Part shown: positions 51,731-61,501 of the stretch, one piece after another
How positions within the stretch are numbered: the stretch's first letter is position 1
Layout: each line of letters starts with the position of its first letter
Assembly (NCBI GenBank): GCA_965198175.1
Contig: OZ240245.1
Coordinates: 3,840,001 to 3,904,000 of the forward strand
Reading direction: 5' to 3'
Length of the DNA stretch: 64,000 bases
Origin: Candidatus Poribacteria bacterium
GTDB taxonomy: Bacteria; Poribacteria; WGA-4E; PCPOR2b
Notes under the pieces: generated by a model
Told to the model about the DNA's origin: nothing
Seen by the model: the letters and a program-made list of their open reading frames with translations, nothing else
The model's database searches: none
Made by a program: the position numbers and the translations under genes

Positions 51731-52139
51731 AATATACCTCCAACTTATCTTTTCGTAGCAGTGCATCAAAATTATATCACAAGTTAGTGGGTAATCTCAA
51801 CCTTTTTCTTGCGGGTGCACATCCAAAGTGATAGAATTACAGGTATTCATGCACAGATTCGCACTTCTATCCGTGAATGCGTGGCAACGAGAACACGTAC
51901 ACAACGAAGGCCCCCGCGTCAGCGTTTAACTACAAGAGCTGAAGCGCGGAGAAGTGAGAGTAAACGGATTGACGAACCTCAAATCCAATTGTGCGTGATA
52001 CCTAATGCAGATTGAAATGTGTCGGCTCATGTTAATCCATCCCGTAACAGAAACCGAGTTTATGGCAAAACATCGTTTTCTCTTCGCGCTCTACACTCTC
52101 GTTTCACACAAGCCAATGTGTGTTCTCAAATCCTCTCCG

Positions 52140-53993
52140 ATGCGACATCTACTTCTCACGCCTCTCCTCACGTTTTCGTTTTTAACAATCCCACTTATTG
52201 CGCTCAGCGATGCGGACAATACCGATTCTTCCACCCCTATCAACTCCGAACCGCGTTATTTGATTCGCCAAATCACGTTTGAAGGCAACGAATACCTCAA
52301 TCGCAAACAGTTGGCGCAGCGCATTGGTGTTGAGGCAGGCCAGCCGTATGACAAAGAGGAAGTCATCGAAGGACTGGATCGCATCACCGCAGAATACAGG
52401 AAGAATGGATTCATTTCTGTGGTGATCCGCCCGGAAGTTAATGTAATTTCAGCCGATCAGGTACGAATCCGCATTCACATTGACGAGGGGGCGCAAGCCC
52501 GCACCGGTGAAATTACGATTGACGGGGTTCAACTGTTTTCCGTTCGCGATCTGCGACGAGAGCTTCGTCTCGGCAAAGGAGCCTCATTTAGCCATACCGC
52601 TCTGGAACAAGGTATTGAACGCATCTTAGCCTTGTACAGCGAGCACGGTTATCCGAAAGTTGAGATTCGCCCGATCGATTTTCATCTATCGCCCGAGGAC
52701 GGGACGATAGATTTTCATCTCCAAATCCGTGAAGGTGATTTGATTCGGATCGGCGAGGTAAAGTTGAGCGGCTTAAAGAAGACAAAGGCAGATGTCGTTC
52801 GCCGCGAGCTGCCGATTCAAGCCGGGGAGGTGTTTAATCAGCGCAGAATCGATCAAAGCTTTCACCGACTGGTAAACATCGGCTACTTCTACGAAGTGAG
52901 TCCAGCTGTGCTAGAGCCGGGAAACGCTTCGGACGAAATCATCTTTAACGCGCACCTCACAGAAGCACGGACGGGCAGATTTAGCGGTGTAATCGGTTAC
53001 GCCCCACCGACCTCTCAATTTGAAAACGCCCCCCAACTGACCGGCGTGATAGAAGCTAGTGAAACAAACCTTCTCGGCACGGGCAGACGGGCGAATGTTT
53101 TTTGGAAATCCGGCTTGCTCTCAACCCTCCAGATCGGATATGAGGAACCGTGGCCCTTCGGAAAACCGTTCAAAATCGGGGTTGAATTCAGCCGGTTGAA
53201 ACAGAGGAATCAGTTTACAGACGCAGAATCTAAAGAGCAATCGACCAGCATAATCGTCGGAACGCGCTTTCGCAGTTTATTTGAGGGGTCTCTGGCACTC
53301 TCGTACAAACAGATTGAACTGCCAACCCTCGCCGCTCCCTTCACGCCTTTGAACCCAACCGATCCATTTTCCCAATTAGGTGCGTCAGTTCAGTCGCAGG
53401 GCGAGCCGCATAACACCACAGATGAAGAGGACCTCGTTTTCGGAGAGAACGGCGTGAAATACGGGGTAACTTTGAGTCTGGCACGTGATAGCAGGGATTA
53501 CTTCCTGAATCCGACACATGGTCGCCGCGATTACATCGCTTTTGAATTTTCACGTGGAGACTTTAAGCTCCGCAAACTGTGGTTGGATTTCCAGCAGTAT
53601 TTCCCGACGTGGCGCAAGCAGGTCATCGCCATCGGCTTGCACGGGGCGGCAGCGTGGGGCGCGAAAATCCCACCGACGGAACTTTTCTATCTGGGCGGCG
53701 CGAACACACTGCGCGGTTACGACGAGGATTGGTTCTCCGGTCCACGCCGTATACACGCCAATATCGAGTATCGGTTTATCACTGGGCGAACCTCACAGAT
53801 TTTCGCATTTGTCGATCTCGGCTCGGTGACGGACATCGAACAGCCGAGGAAGCTAGACCCCCTGCGCGTCGGCTACGGTTTCGGAATGCGACTAGAATCA
53901 AAAGGCGGCGCCCTCCGTATGGACTACGGACTGGCTGAGGGAAGTTCGGCGCTGCAAGGGAAGATTCATGTGAACTTGGGCACCACTTTTTAG
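52140..53993 (+). CDS. Omp85/BamA-TamA family outer-membrane protein (POTRA domains plus beta-barrel); start uncertain
   Basis: ITFEGN POTRA repeats, ETNLLGTG, FYLGGANTLRGY, GYGFGMR, terminal Phe. Confidence 0.88.
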   Translation: MRHLLLTPLLTFSFLTIPLIALSDADNTDSSTPINSEPRYLIRQITFEGNEYLNRKQLAQRIGVEAGQPYDKEEVIEGLDRITAEYRKNGFISVVIRPEVNVISADQVRIRIHIDEGAQARTGEITIDGVQLFSVRDLRRELRLGKGASFSHTALEQGIERILALYSEHGYPKVEIRPIDFHLSPEDGTIDFHLQIREGDLIRIGEVKLSGLKKTKADVVRRELPIQAGEVFNQRRIDQSFHRLVNIGYFYEVSPAVLEPGNASDEIIFNAHLTEARTGRFSGVIGYAPPTSQFENAPQLTGVIEASETNLLGTGRRANVFWKSGLLSTLQIGYEEPWPFGKPFKIGVEFSRLKQRNQFTDAESKEQSTSIIVGTRFRSLFEGSLALSYKQIELPTLAAPFTPLNPTDPFSQLGASVQSQGEPHNTTDEEDLVFGENGVKYGVTLSLARDSRDYFLNPTHGRRDYIAFEFSRGDFKLRKLWLDFQQYFPTWRKQVIAIGLHGAAAWGAKIPPTELFYLGGANTLRGYDEDWFSGPRRIHANIEYRFITGRTSQIFAFVDLGSVTDIEQPRKLDPLRVGYGFGMRLESKGGALRMDYGLAEGSSALQGKIHVNLGTTF

Positions 53994-54041
53994 CTGTCGA
54001 TTGACGGAAGGGGCGATTTGCGATAAGTCCCAATCTGTTCC

Positions 54042-54992
54042 TCAACGAGCAATGCGAAATCCGATAATAAACTCAGCGTAGTCCACACTGAAATAGTCGA
54101 AACTGGTGCAGGTGCTAGCATCGTGATTGTAGTACCACGCCCCACCACAGACGACGCGAAAATGCCGATCTTCCTCGTCGTACCAAGTGTCCGTCCATTC
54201 CCAGACATTGCCCATCATATCATAGCAACCCACGGGGCTGACGCCTTCGGGAAATGCACCCACCGGCGTTGTCCCACCCGCACTGAGTTCCGCTGTGTTG
54301 CAACGCGGCTTATCAATTTCGTCACCCCACGGAAAGCGGCGTCCGTCGTCTCCACGGGCAGCTCGCGTCCACTCTTCAAAAGTCGGCAGTCTACAGCCGG
54401 TCCATTCAGCGTAAGCCTCCGCATCTTCGACGTTCACCCATACGACGGGATGATCCCCCTTCTTCTCAGGATACGCATCGCCCTCCCACGATTGCGGCGA
54501 GGGATGTCCTGTTTCTCGAACGAACCGTTGGTATTGGGCGTTCGTGACGGGGTAACGACCAATCTGAAACAGACCCACCGGTAGCGGCGTCAACTCATCA
54601 CCAATGAAGACCGATCCGGCTGGAACGTCGACCATCGCGTCCAACACTTGAAGCGCTGCTTCGCGTATACGACCGTCCGACGAATCGAGCGCATGTCCTA
54701 ACGGCGAAATGATCTCTCCGATCGGCGGGGTCATGAGATCTTGGGATTTTTCCCAACCCAAATCCGCCGTCAACAGCGTTCGAACTGCGTCTGACAGCGA
54801 CGCATCAAGATGCCCCCGCCAATATCGCGTGATGAGAAGCTCTAACGCCTCCGGATCATCACATTCAGCGAGTGACAATCTGGTTCGGTTCCGGTCATCC
54901 CATTCAACACCATCCGGCGTTTTGAGCTTTATGAGTTTCCCATCTGCCAAAATTGGTTCACCTTTCGAACATCGGTTCAGTCTGAATTTCAT
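54042..54992 (-). CDS. Formylglycine-generating-enzyme (SUMF1/FGE-sulfatase) domain protein with a HEAT-like N-part
   Basis: YPVTNAQY, HPVVWV, RLPT..EW..AARG, DMMGNVWEW, GFR. Confidence 0.88.
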   Translation of the reverse strand: MKFRLNRCSKGEPILADGKLIKLKTPDGVEWDDRNRTRLSLAECDDPEALELLITRYWRGHLDASLSDAVRTLLTADLGWEKSQDLMTPPIGEIISPLGHALDSSDGRIREAALQVLDAMVDVPAGSVFIGDELTPLPVGLFQIGRYPVTNAQYQRFVRETGHPSPQSWEGDAYPEKKGDHPVVWVNVEDAEAYAEWTGCRLPTFEEWTRAARGDDGRRFPWGDEIDKPRCNTAELSAGGTTPVGAFPEGVSPVGCYDMMGNVWEWTDTWYDEEDRHFRVVCGGAWYYNHDASTCTSFDYFSVDYAEFIIGFRIAR

Positions 54993-55007
54993 GAATCCTG
55001 TTGATAG

Positions 55008-55140
55008 ACCCCCTCTCGCTCCCCCTTGGCAAGGGGGAGAATACCGCGAATCCATACCAACGGAATTACAGTACCTCTTTTCAACGATAGCGATGTGTAG
55101 TCGGGAGAAACCGAGTTTTTTCGGAAACACTCGGTTTCTC
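55008..55140. repeat. Intergenic palindromic repeats (CCCC..CCCCCTT/AAGGGGG family and GAGAAACCGAG family)
   Basis: ccccctctcgctcccccttggcaagggggag resembles the reverse complement of 57048-57082; 55105-55140 resembles 33966-33997. Confidence 0.65.
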
Positions 55141-55154
55141 TGCCTGCCTACGAT

Positions 55155-56828
55155 TCAGCCCACTACCTTCTGAGGTCTCCGTCGCGGTCCATTCAGAAGT
55201 GTGCCGACAGGCGTATATCGCACCAAATACTCGTAAGTCACCAATAAAATTGCCGTGGTTACGATACATAACAGGCTGAACTTTAGAAGCGCCGGAAGTT
55301 GCCAAGGTCTTATTAACCCTTGCGCCAAGACGATTAAGGGGAGGTGCGCCAGATATAGCCAGTAGGAAGAATCCGAGACGTATCGCCACACCGCGCTCCC
55401 TTTTACCACCAACTGACGAAACGCCCCCATCAAGGAAAACACCATCATCCAAGCGAACAGCGGCTGCGCGACGACTGAGATGACATGATTTGGCGCTGAT
55501 GGAAACGGCGACCAGCCGAAAACTAAACCGATGGGAGACACAATTAACAGGACTACGGGCAGCGTGAACGCCCACCTTTTGCCGACTTTGCCCACGTCGT
55601 CGTTGCAATCGTAGTAGAGGGCGCCGAAGAAAAAGAAGAGGGCGTAATAAAGGAGCATATGCGGCTTGGGCAAAATGTTTGCTGAAAGGTCGGGACCGAA
55701 GTGCGGGAGTTCGCCTCTATTTCCCATAAACCATTGCGGCAGCATCGTCAGTGGAATGAGCCACAGATAGCGGCTCCAAGGGAGAATGACTTTTTGAAAC
55801 CGACGTGCCCATCCCATCCGGTTGGCGACGGTTGTGAATAAGGCGAAGGCGACCACAAACCAGCAGAGATACCAGAGGAACCAGAGGTGTGCGAGTATCT
55901 CGCTTCTAGTAAGGAAAAACCACACCCATGTCCTGATCGAAATCGCGCCCTTCGTTTTCACCTCATCGCTATCTGATCGTTGTATCTCCTGTTCTTGGAA
56001 AAGCTCGACAACCTGTACTCTGCCGGCTTTCACATCTTTCGAGTCCAGTGATATTTGTAACACCCCTGCGATTGCCTCTACATCCTTCCATGCTGCCTGC
56101 GCGCTGTCCAGCGGCGTGTCGCCGTTATATGTCTTTGCACTGATATCTGCACCGTTTTCAAGCAGCAATTGCGCAACCTCAAGCTGTCCCATAAAGGCAG
56201 CTGCGTGCAGCGGCGTCGCTCCGTCTCTATTTTTCGCGTTCACGTCAGCCCGTGCTTCGATGAGGAGTTCCACAATTTCGGCCCTGCCCTCAAGGGCTGC
56301 CCACGACAGAGCTGTAACGCCAAAACTCGGATCCCTAGCATTGGGGCTTTCGCCGTTTGACAAGTAATGCTTGAGCGCTTCAATGTCTCCGGTTTTTGCT
56401 GCCTTCGAGAAATTAAGGCGCCGCCTTTCTGACGGCGAACTAAATTCTGTCGGGACAGTTGCGACCGAAAAACTGAAATTCGTCGCAGCGGCAAAGAAAC
56501 TCAGTTGCGTAACAGGAACGATTGTGAAGAGCCCCAATATAAATGGCAGGAGTACGCGACGAACCCGATGCCGCAAGAGCGACGCCAACCCTCTTTTTCG
56601 CCACAGCATCGCAGTGAAAAATCCGCTCATGACGAAGAAAACCGGCATTCGAAACCCGTGAATCAGACCAAAAACGATACCGAGTCCGGAGTTTCGTTGG
56701 GTATCTTGAACGAGCCAGGGCACATCACAAAACGACAGTGAAGCGTGCAAGACGATGCCTAAGAGCATGGCGACGGCACGCAAGGCATCAAGGTCGTGCC
56801 GCCGATCTGTAGGGGCTGAAGCATGCAT
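55155..56828 (-). CDS. Acyltransferase-3 (OpgC-like) with inserted ankyrin repeats
   Basis: RRHDLDALRA, HGFRMPVFF, HLWFL, SYWLYLAH; GVTALSWAA, GATPLHAAA, GDTPLDSA. Confidence 0.9.
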   Translation of the reverse strand: MHASAPTDRRHDLDALRAVAMLLGIVLHASLSFCDVPWLVQDTQRNSGLGIVFGLIHGFRMPVFFVMSGFFTAMLWRKRGLASLLRHRVRRVLLPFILGLFTIVPVTQLSFFAAATNFSFSVATVPTEFSSPSERRRLNFSKAAKTGDIEALKHYLSNGESPNARDPSFGVTALSWAALEGRAEIVELLIEARADVNAKNRDGATPLHAAAFMGQLEVAQLLLENGADISAKTYNGDTPLDSAQAAWKDVEAIAGVLQISLDSKDVKAGRVQVVELFQEQEIQRSDSDEVKTKGAISIRTWVWFFLTRSEILAHLWFLWYLCWFVVAFALFTTVANRMGWARRFQKVILPWSRYLWLIPLTMLPQWFMGNRGELPHFGPDLSANILPKPHMLLYYALFFFFGALYYDCNDDVGKVGKRWAFTLPVVLLIVSPIGLVFGWSPFPSAPNHVISVVAQPLFAWMMVFSLMGAFRQLVVKGSAVWRYVSDSSYWLYLAHLPLIVLAQGLIRPWQLPALLKFSLLCIVTTAILLVTYEYLVRYTPVGTLLNGPRRRPQKVVG

Positions 56829-56882
56829 CCAACGAATTCCTTTCTGTCGAGAGTATTCACGTGAGGGATTAAGTATTCGGAA

Positions 56883-57245
56883 GACTATCGCCCTCGCTTT
56901 TCACTCGGTTGATTCTATGGGTTTCGCCTACGGCTCAACACAACCTACGTGTTTATAAACCTCCCCTAACCCCTCCTTAGTAAGGAGGGGAATGATGCTT
57001 CTGTACGGTTCTCATTCAACCGCTCGCCCGTAAGTCCATCGTAGTAGTCCTCCCCCTTACTAAGGGGAAGCGAGAGGGGGTCAGTAACGTATTGTCGGGA
57101 ATCGGAATTCCCTCCTACCGACAACTCGCGGTAGGAGCGATCTCCAAATCGCGATACACACTTTTTCACTTGTTCCGTTCAACACAATCTACGTTGTTAT
57201 AAACCTCCCCTAACCCCTCCTTAGTAAGGAGGGGAATGATGCTTT
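56883..57245. repeat. Dense REP-like repeat cluster
   Basis: About 65-bp direct repeat (56936-57001 / 57179-57245) and two GTAGGAG palindromes (57094-57154). Confidence 0.85.
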
Positions 57246-57345
57246 TGTCGCTTTCTAAGGCGAGCTCTCTCCTGAAAGCTCTGCCTATTCCTTCCCTTTT
57301 CTAACGAGGAGAATTGTTGCTCCCAATTGCGTGAAGGACCGGATG

Positions 57346-60300
57346 TTAGGGTGCGCCCTCTTGGTGGATTTCAGGATTTTCAATCACCAGCCATGTCACG
57401 AGTTCGAAGTCGGTTGTGCCGCTAACCTGATTGGTTACCAGAGGCAAGGCGCCGCGTCGACCTGATGTGAGATTGGCGAAGGCGCGATTCTTATAAGTAT
57501 GAGTGATAGACCTCACGGTTCTTTCAAGCAGACGGTTGTATTTGGACATATCGGCGCCGTTGGCTGTGCGCTCGTCGAACAGCGCACATAGCTCGTCATA
57601 CGGGCTATTTTTCGCCGCGCAGAGTTGGCGAAACATCTCAAGAATCTGTTTGGGATAGGCAAAGGAAAAGCGCACCTCGCCATCTTCTCGAACGTAGACG
57701 AGGAAATAGGGTTGGGTGGGATTCAGTTTTTCGTTTTCCTCAGATTTGCTTTTTTGCTGCAGGCAGAAGATGACGCCGGGTTGAATTATCGAGTCAGTTG
57801 GAGGTGCCGGCACGACCGCATATAGTCCGAAGGGCTCGTCTTCAAGTTTTTTCCGGTTGCTTTCGATGTATTTGATGAGTTCCATACGGAAATCGTCAAG
57901 CGTGAAGTCGTTTAAAGCGACACTGTCGTGAAATTCTTCAAGATCAAGGATTTCCTCCTGAAGTTTTAGCAGTTGTTGGTCGCGGTATTTGAGGTCGCCC
58001 GCAATAACGTCGTGGAGCGCGTCCGGATCAAGCAGGTTATCTCCCTGCGTGGCGGTGACATCCACCAACGCCATCCGCGCTTCAACGCGATTCTTCAGGT
58101 TAATGTAACGATTCAGGTCGTCGGTGGGCCAGAAATTGACCAAGTGAACACGCTCGTTGACGCTTCCGATCCGGTCAATCCGTCCGAACCGCTGAATGAT
58201 GCGCACCGGGTTCCAGTGAATGTCATAGTTAATCAGGTAGTCGCAGTCTTGGAGGTTCTGTCCTTCGGAGATACAGTCCGTGCCAATGAGCAGGTCAATT
58301 TCTTCGTCCTGAGGCATGTTACTGTCGTTTCCGCGATTCTTCGCAATGGGGGAGAAGTTAGTGAGGATGTCGATAAAATTGGTCTTGCCAAGGGTGGTTC
58401 TGTTGGTGCCTGATCCCGTCACCAGCCCGGTATGGATACGCAGTTCTGCCTGCGCCCATTTGTACAGGTGACTGTAGAGGTAGTCGGCAGTGTCCGCAAA
58501 AGCGGTGAATACGAGCACCTTGTGATTGAGCTGATCTCGCTTTGTGGTCGTCGGATATTTGACCTTTATGGCAATCAGTTCTTTGAGTTTCGCGAGTTTG
58601 GCATCGCGGGCGGGGTCGACTTTTACTGCCGACCGGTAGGGGCCCTCAAGTTGGTCTCTGTCATGTTTCAAATCCTCTAGCCACGTTTCAACATCCAAGT
58701 GTGCCATCTCATAGACTAGCTTCTTGCCAACCTGCATTGCCGCCTGTAGTTCCTCATCTTCGAAGGCTTCAATCTCAATATCGTCCATGTCTAGGTTAGG
58801 GTTTTCGGCGCGGAATTCCTGAAACCGCAGGATGCGGTTCTCTAACTCCTCAATCTTTGCAAGCGTACGTTCCAGCGTAATCTTAAAGGAGTGGACAGAG
58901 CTTTCCAAGCGTTTGAGAAAGTTCACCTTCATCATGCCGATTAGGTAATGCTCACGGCTCGCTTGTGTAAAGTGCCCGTCGGGATGGGCATCATACTTGG
59001 CTTTGTATTCAGCGAGCACGTATTTTGACGGATTGTACAAGGAAAGTTGATACTCGGAAATCTCCTCGTTCAGCGCGTCGTAAGACATAAACTCCCCTTC
59101 AAGATCGATCTCGGTATATATGGATTCGGGCTTACTGCGATCTGGGAAGCCTCCCAGATCGCGCAACGAGTCGGGATAGTGTTTTTTAATCTGCACCCGT
59201 GAACGGGCGATGGTCAACCCGTCAAGCAGCTTGAAGAAGTGTGTACTCAATTCTTCCAGCAAATTTTGACTGCTGCGCGTGCCATCCCGCTTTGCCCACT
59301 TGTTGAAGGCGGTTTGGGCGACTGTGATGGTTTCTCTCAGGTTGGCGACACCGAGCGATTCGTCGAAAGCATCTTCTCGTTCCTCTGTGAGAAAGTAAAG
59401 TTGGTTCCGCAGATCTCTTAAGTCGTTGTTGACCGGCGTCGCGGACAGCAGCAGCATCTTGGTTTTTACGCCGCTCTTGACAATGTCCTCCATCAACCGC
59501 TCGTAGCGAGATCGGCTAATTGTAACCCCGTCCTCGTCCTTCTTTCCACGGGTGTTGTTGCGAAAATTGTGCGACTCATCAATGACGACCAGACCGTAGT
59601 TTCCCCAGTTGAACGACGAGAGGTCAATATCGCCCGACATACCACTGTTCCGGCTCAAATCGGTGTGCGACAGCACGGTGTACCCATAGCGGTCGTCCGG
59701 GAATGGATTGAGTTTGTTTCCTGTGTGCGCTTGGTAAACCGTCCAGTTCTCGCGCAGTTTCTTTGGGCACAGCACAAGCACGCGGTCGTTACGGAGTTCA
59801 AAGTATTTTATCACCGCCAGCGCCTCGTAAGTCTTGCCTAAGCCGACGCTGTCGGCGATGATACAGCCGTTGTGCGTCAAGATTTTGTTGATTGCCCCCT
59901 TCACGCCGTCCTTTTGGAATTCATAGAGCGCACTCCAAATCTCCGTATCAACTAGTTGCTCGGATTCGTCCAGCAACCCCCTACTCTTCTGATCGCTCAG
60001 ATACCGGTCAAAGAGGTGAAAAAGCGTCTTGTAGTATATGAACTCTGGGTCATGATTCTGATAGAGCTGGTTAAGGTAGGACAACACCTCATCCTTTACA
60101 TCCTTCACCCGACTCTCATCATTCCAGAGCTCATCAAACCACAATTTCAGGTCGCTCCTGTCCCGGTCATCTGCCACTTTAAGATTGAGTTCAATGTTAC
60201 TACTCGCTTCACTTAGTCCCAAGCCTCTCACCGTAAAATTGGAGCTGCCGAGAATAGCGTTTTCCACGCCGTTCTTGGCAATATGGTACATTCTGCCGTG

Positions 60301-60672
60301 CAGCATATTTGACTCCTGAATCGACCGGACCTCCACTTTGTCCTTAATCCATTCAGCGCATTCCCGCGCCACCCATTTCAGTTGAAGCTGGTTCTCCAGC
60401 CGTAAACCGTTGCTATCAATGATGAAGGATTTCTTCTCTGTTTTGTCGGGGTCAAGCCCTGTGATGAATCGGGGTTCACCGAACAGAAAGCGAAGGTCAT
60501 TGATTTGATGCAGGGATGTTTTCAACGCCTCGAAAGCGTAAATCGTAAAGTAGGCTGAGACGATGGAGAGCGATGAACCGTTCTCGATCTGCGACTTCAG
60601 AAACTCGCCAACAGTTCCCCGCTCGCGGTTGTCGCGGATGCCTGACGAGGATGGTGAATTGTTTTCGGGCAT
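57346..60672 (-). CDS. SNF2-family helicase with an N-terminal PLD-like nuclease domain
   Basis: SAYFT, LHGRMY..GSSNFT; ADSVGLGKT, DESH, SATP, EGQNLQ, QRFGRIDRIG. Confidence 0.92.
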   Translation of the reverse strand: MPENNSPSSSGIRDNRERGTVGEFLKSQIENGSSLSIVSAYFTIYAFEALKTSLHQINDLRFLFGEPRFITGLDPDKTEKKSFIIDSNGLRLENQLQLKWVARECAEWIKDKVEVRSIQESNMLHGRMYHIAKNGVENAILGSSNFTVRGLGLSEASSNIELNLKVADDRDRSDLKLWFDELWNDESRVKDVKDEVLSYLNQLYQNHDPEFIYYKTLFHLFDRYLSDQKSRGLLDESEQLVDTEIWSALYEFQKDGVKGAINKILTHNGCIIADSVGLGKTYEALAVIKYFELRNDRVLVLCPKKLRENWTVYQAHTGNKLNPFPDDRYGYTVLSHTDLSRNSGMSGDIDLSSFNWGNYGLVVIDESHNFRNNTRGKKDEDGVTISRSRYERLMEDIVKSGVKTKMLLLSATPVNNDLRDLRNQLYFLTEEREDAFDESLGVANLRETITVAQTAFNKWAKRDGTRSSQNLLEELSTHFFKLLDGLTIARSRVQIKKHYPDSLRDLGGFPDRSKPESIYTEIDLEGEFMSYDALNEEISEYQLSLYNPSKYVLAEYKAKYDAHPDGHFTQASREHYLIGMMKVNFLKRLESSVHSFKITLERTLAKIEELENRILRFQEFRAENPNLDMDDIEIEAFEDEELQAAMQVGKKLVYEMAHLDVETWLEDLKHDRDQLEGPYRSAVKVDPARDAKLAKLKELIAIKVKYPTTTKRDQLNHKVLVFTAFADTADYLYSHLYKWAQAELRIHTGLVTGSGTNRTTLGKTNFIDILTNFSPIAKNRGNDSNMPQDEEIDLLIGTDCISEGQNLQDCDYLINYDIHWNPVRIIQRFGRIDRIGSVNERVHLVNFWPTDDLNRYINLKNRVEARMALVDVTATQGDNLLDPDALHDVIAGDLKYRDQQLLKLQEEILDLEEFHDSVALNDFTLDDFRMELIKYIESNRKKLEDEPFGLYAVVPAPPTDSIIQPGVIFCLQQKSKSEENEKLNPTQPYFLVYVREDGEVRFSFAYPKQILEMFRQLCAAKNSPYDELCALFDERTANGADMSKYNRLLERTVRSITHTYKNRAFANLTSGRRGALPLVTNQVSGTTDFELVTWLVIENPEIHQEGAP

Positions 60673-60803
60673 GATTTTCTCCTATAAGGCGGCGTCTTCT
60701 ATTTTGGACCCTATTTTCTAAATTGTCTGAACTGGGATTTACTGGATTTTTGGATTATCAGGATTTTTGGACGCATTTACTCTTATTCCTATATCGCTTA
60801 GCA

Positions 60804-61047
60804 CGTAGATTGGGTTGAACCGAATCAATGAAAAATGCAAAGGTTACCCTACGCTTTCGGGGTTCGATTCTGCTTGCAATCTTGGAAATCGTAGTATGTG
60901 TCGCTATTCGGAGATCGCTCCTACCCGTGTTGCCGGTAGGAGGGAATTCCGATTCCCAACAATACGTCACAATTCTTGTGTCGTAGAAGAGCGGGACTAC
61001 GGTTTGCCTCAGTATGTATTCGCGTTTAACTGTTCAACCCAACCTAC
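60804..61047. repeat. REPIN-like composite repeat, inverted homolog of 57087-57194
   Basis: gtagattgggttgaac...gttcaacccaacctac enclosing the same two GTAGGAG palindromes. Confidence 0.8.
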
Positions 61048-61199
61048 ACTGAACTGTACGCTTTTGGTGTGCGGTGCTTATCCTATACTCCTCCCGGGTG
61101 ATTTGGGTTCGTTTTGGCTTCGTTTCGCAAAAGTGGATATGGCGTTTTCATCGCGGCAATATCTGTTATTCATCCTCAACGGGACACGTTAGTCTATCA

Positions 61200-61335
61200 T
61201 TATTCATGCCTGCGGCGGCTCAACATCGTGACCATGTCTGCCGGCAACTGAACTCCAATTTCCCGCTCAAAGTCGGAGACGCCTTCAGAGTAGGAATGAA
61301 AGCCAGCGAAAATATCCCTCCCTATGGAGAACTCT
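61200..61335 (-). pseudogene. C-terminal remnant of a TPR-cassette gene
   Basis: Translates GRDIFAGFHSYSEGVSDFEREIGVQLPADMVTML, homologous to the C-termini ending at 61502 and 63196. Confidence 0.75.
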
Positions 61336-61501
61336 TTGCTGTCTGAATCGCGGATTGCCGCAGATTCTGAAGATGACACGGATAAAAAACGGCATTTCAG
61401 AAAGATTGGGTTCGTTTCGCAAAAATGAAGATTGCGTTTTCATCGCGGCAATTTCTCTTATTGATCGTCAACGGGACACGTTAGTCTGTCATCATTCACA
61501 C

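Noticed and set aside
56966..57169. 67-aa ORF (and 60758..60970, 60815..61192)
   Set aside because: Made of palindromic repeat DNA; not credible coding sequence.
56936..57245. Possible CRISPR array from identical 39-bp repeats
   Set aside because: Only two local copies 244 bp apart, the interval is filled with other palindromes, and there are no cas genes; a REP-like cluster fits better.
60850..60880. tRNA-like T-loop (ggttcgattc)
   Set aside because: No acceptor, D or anticodon arms could be built around it.
61200..61335. Remnant as a DGR template repeat
   Set aside because: Differences from the paralogs are not confined to adenines, and no reverse transcriptase is present.
61400..61500. 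TPR-cassette tails as integron attC sites
   Set aside because: GACTAAC follows the stop, but there is no matching GTTRRRY end, no long bottom-strand palindrome and no integrase in the window.
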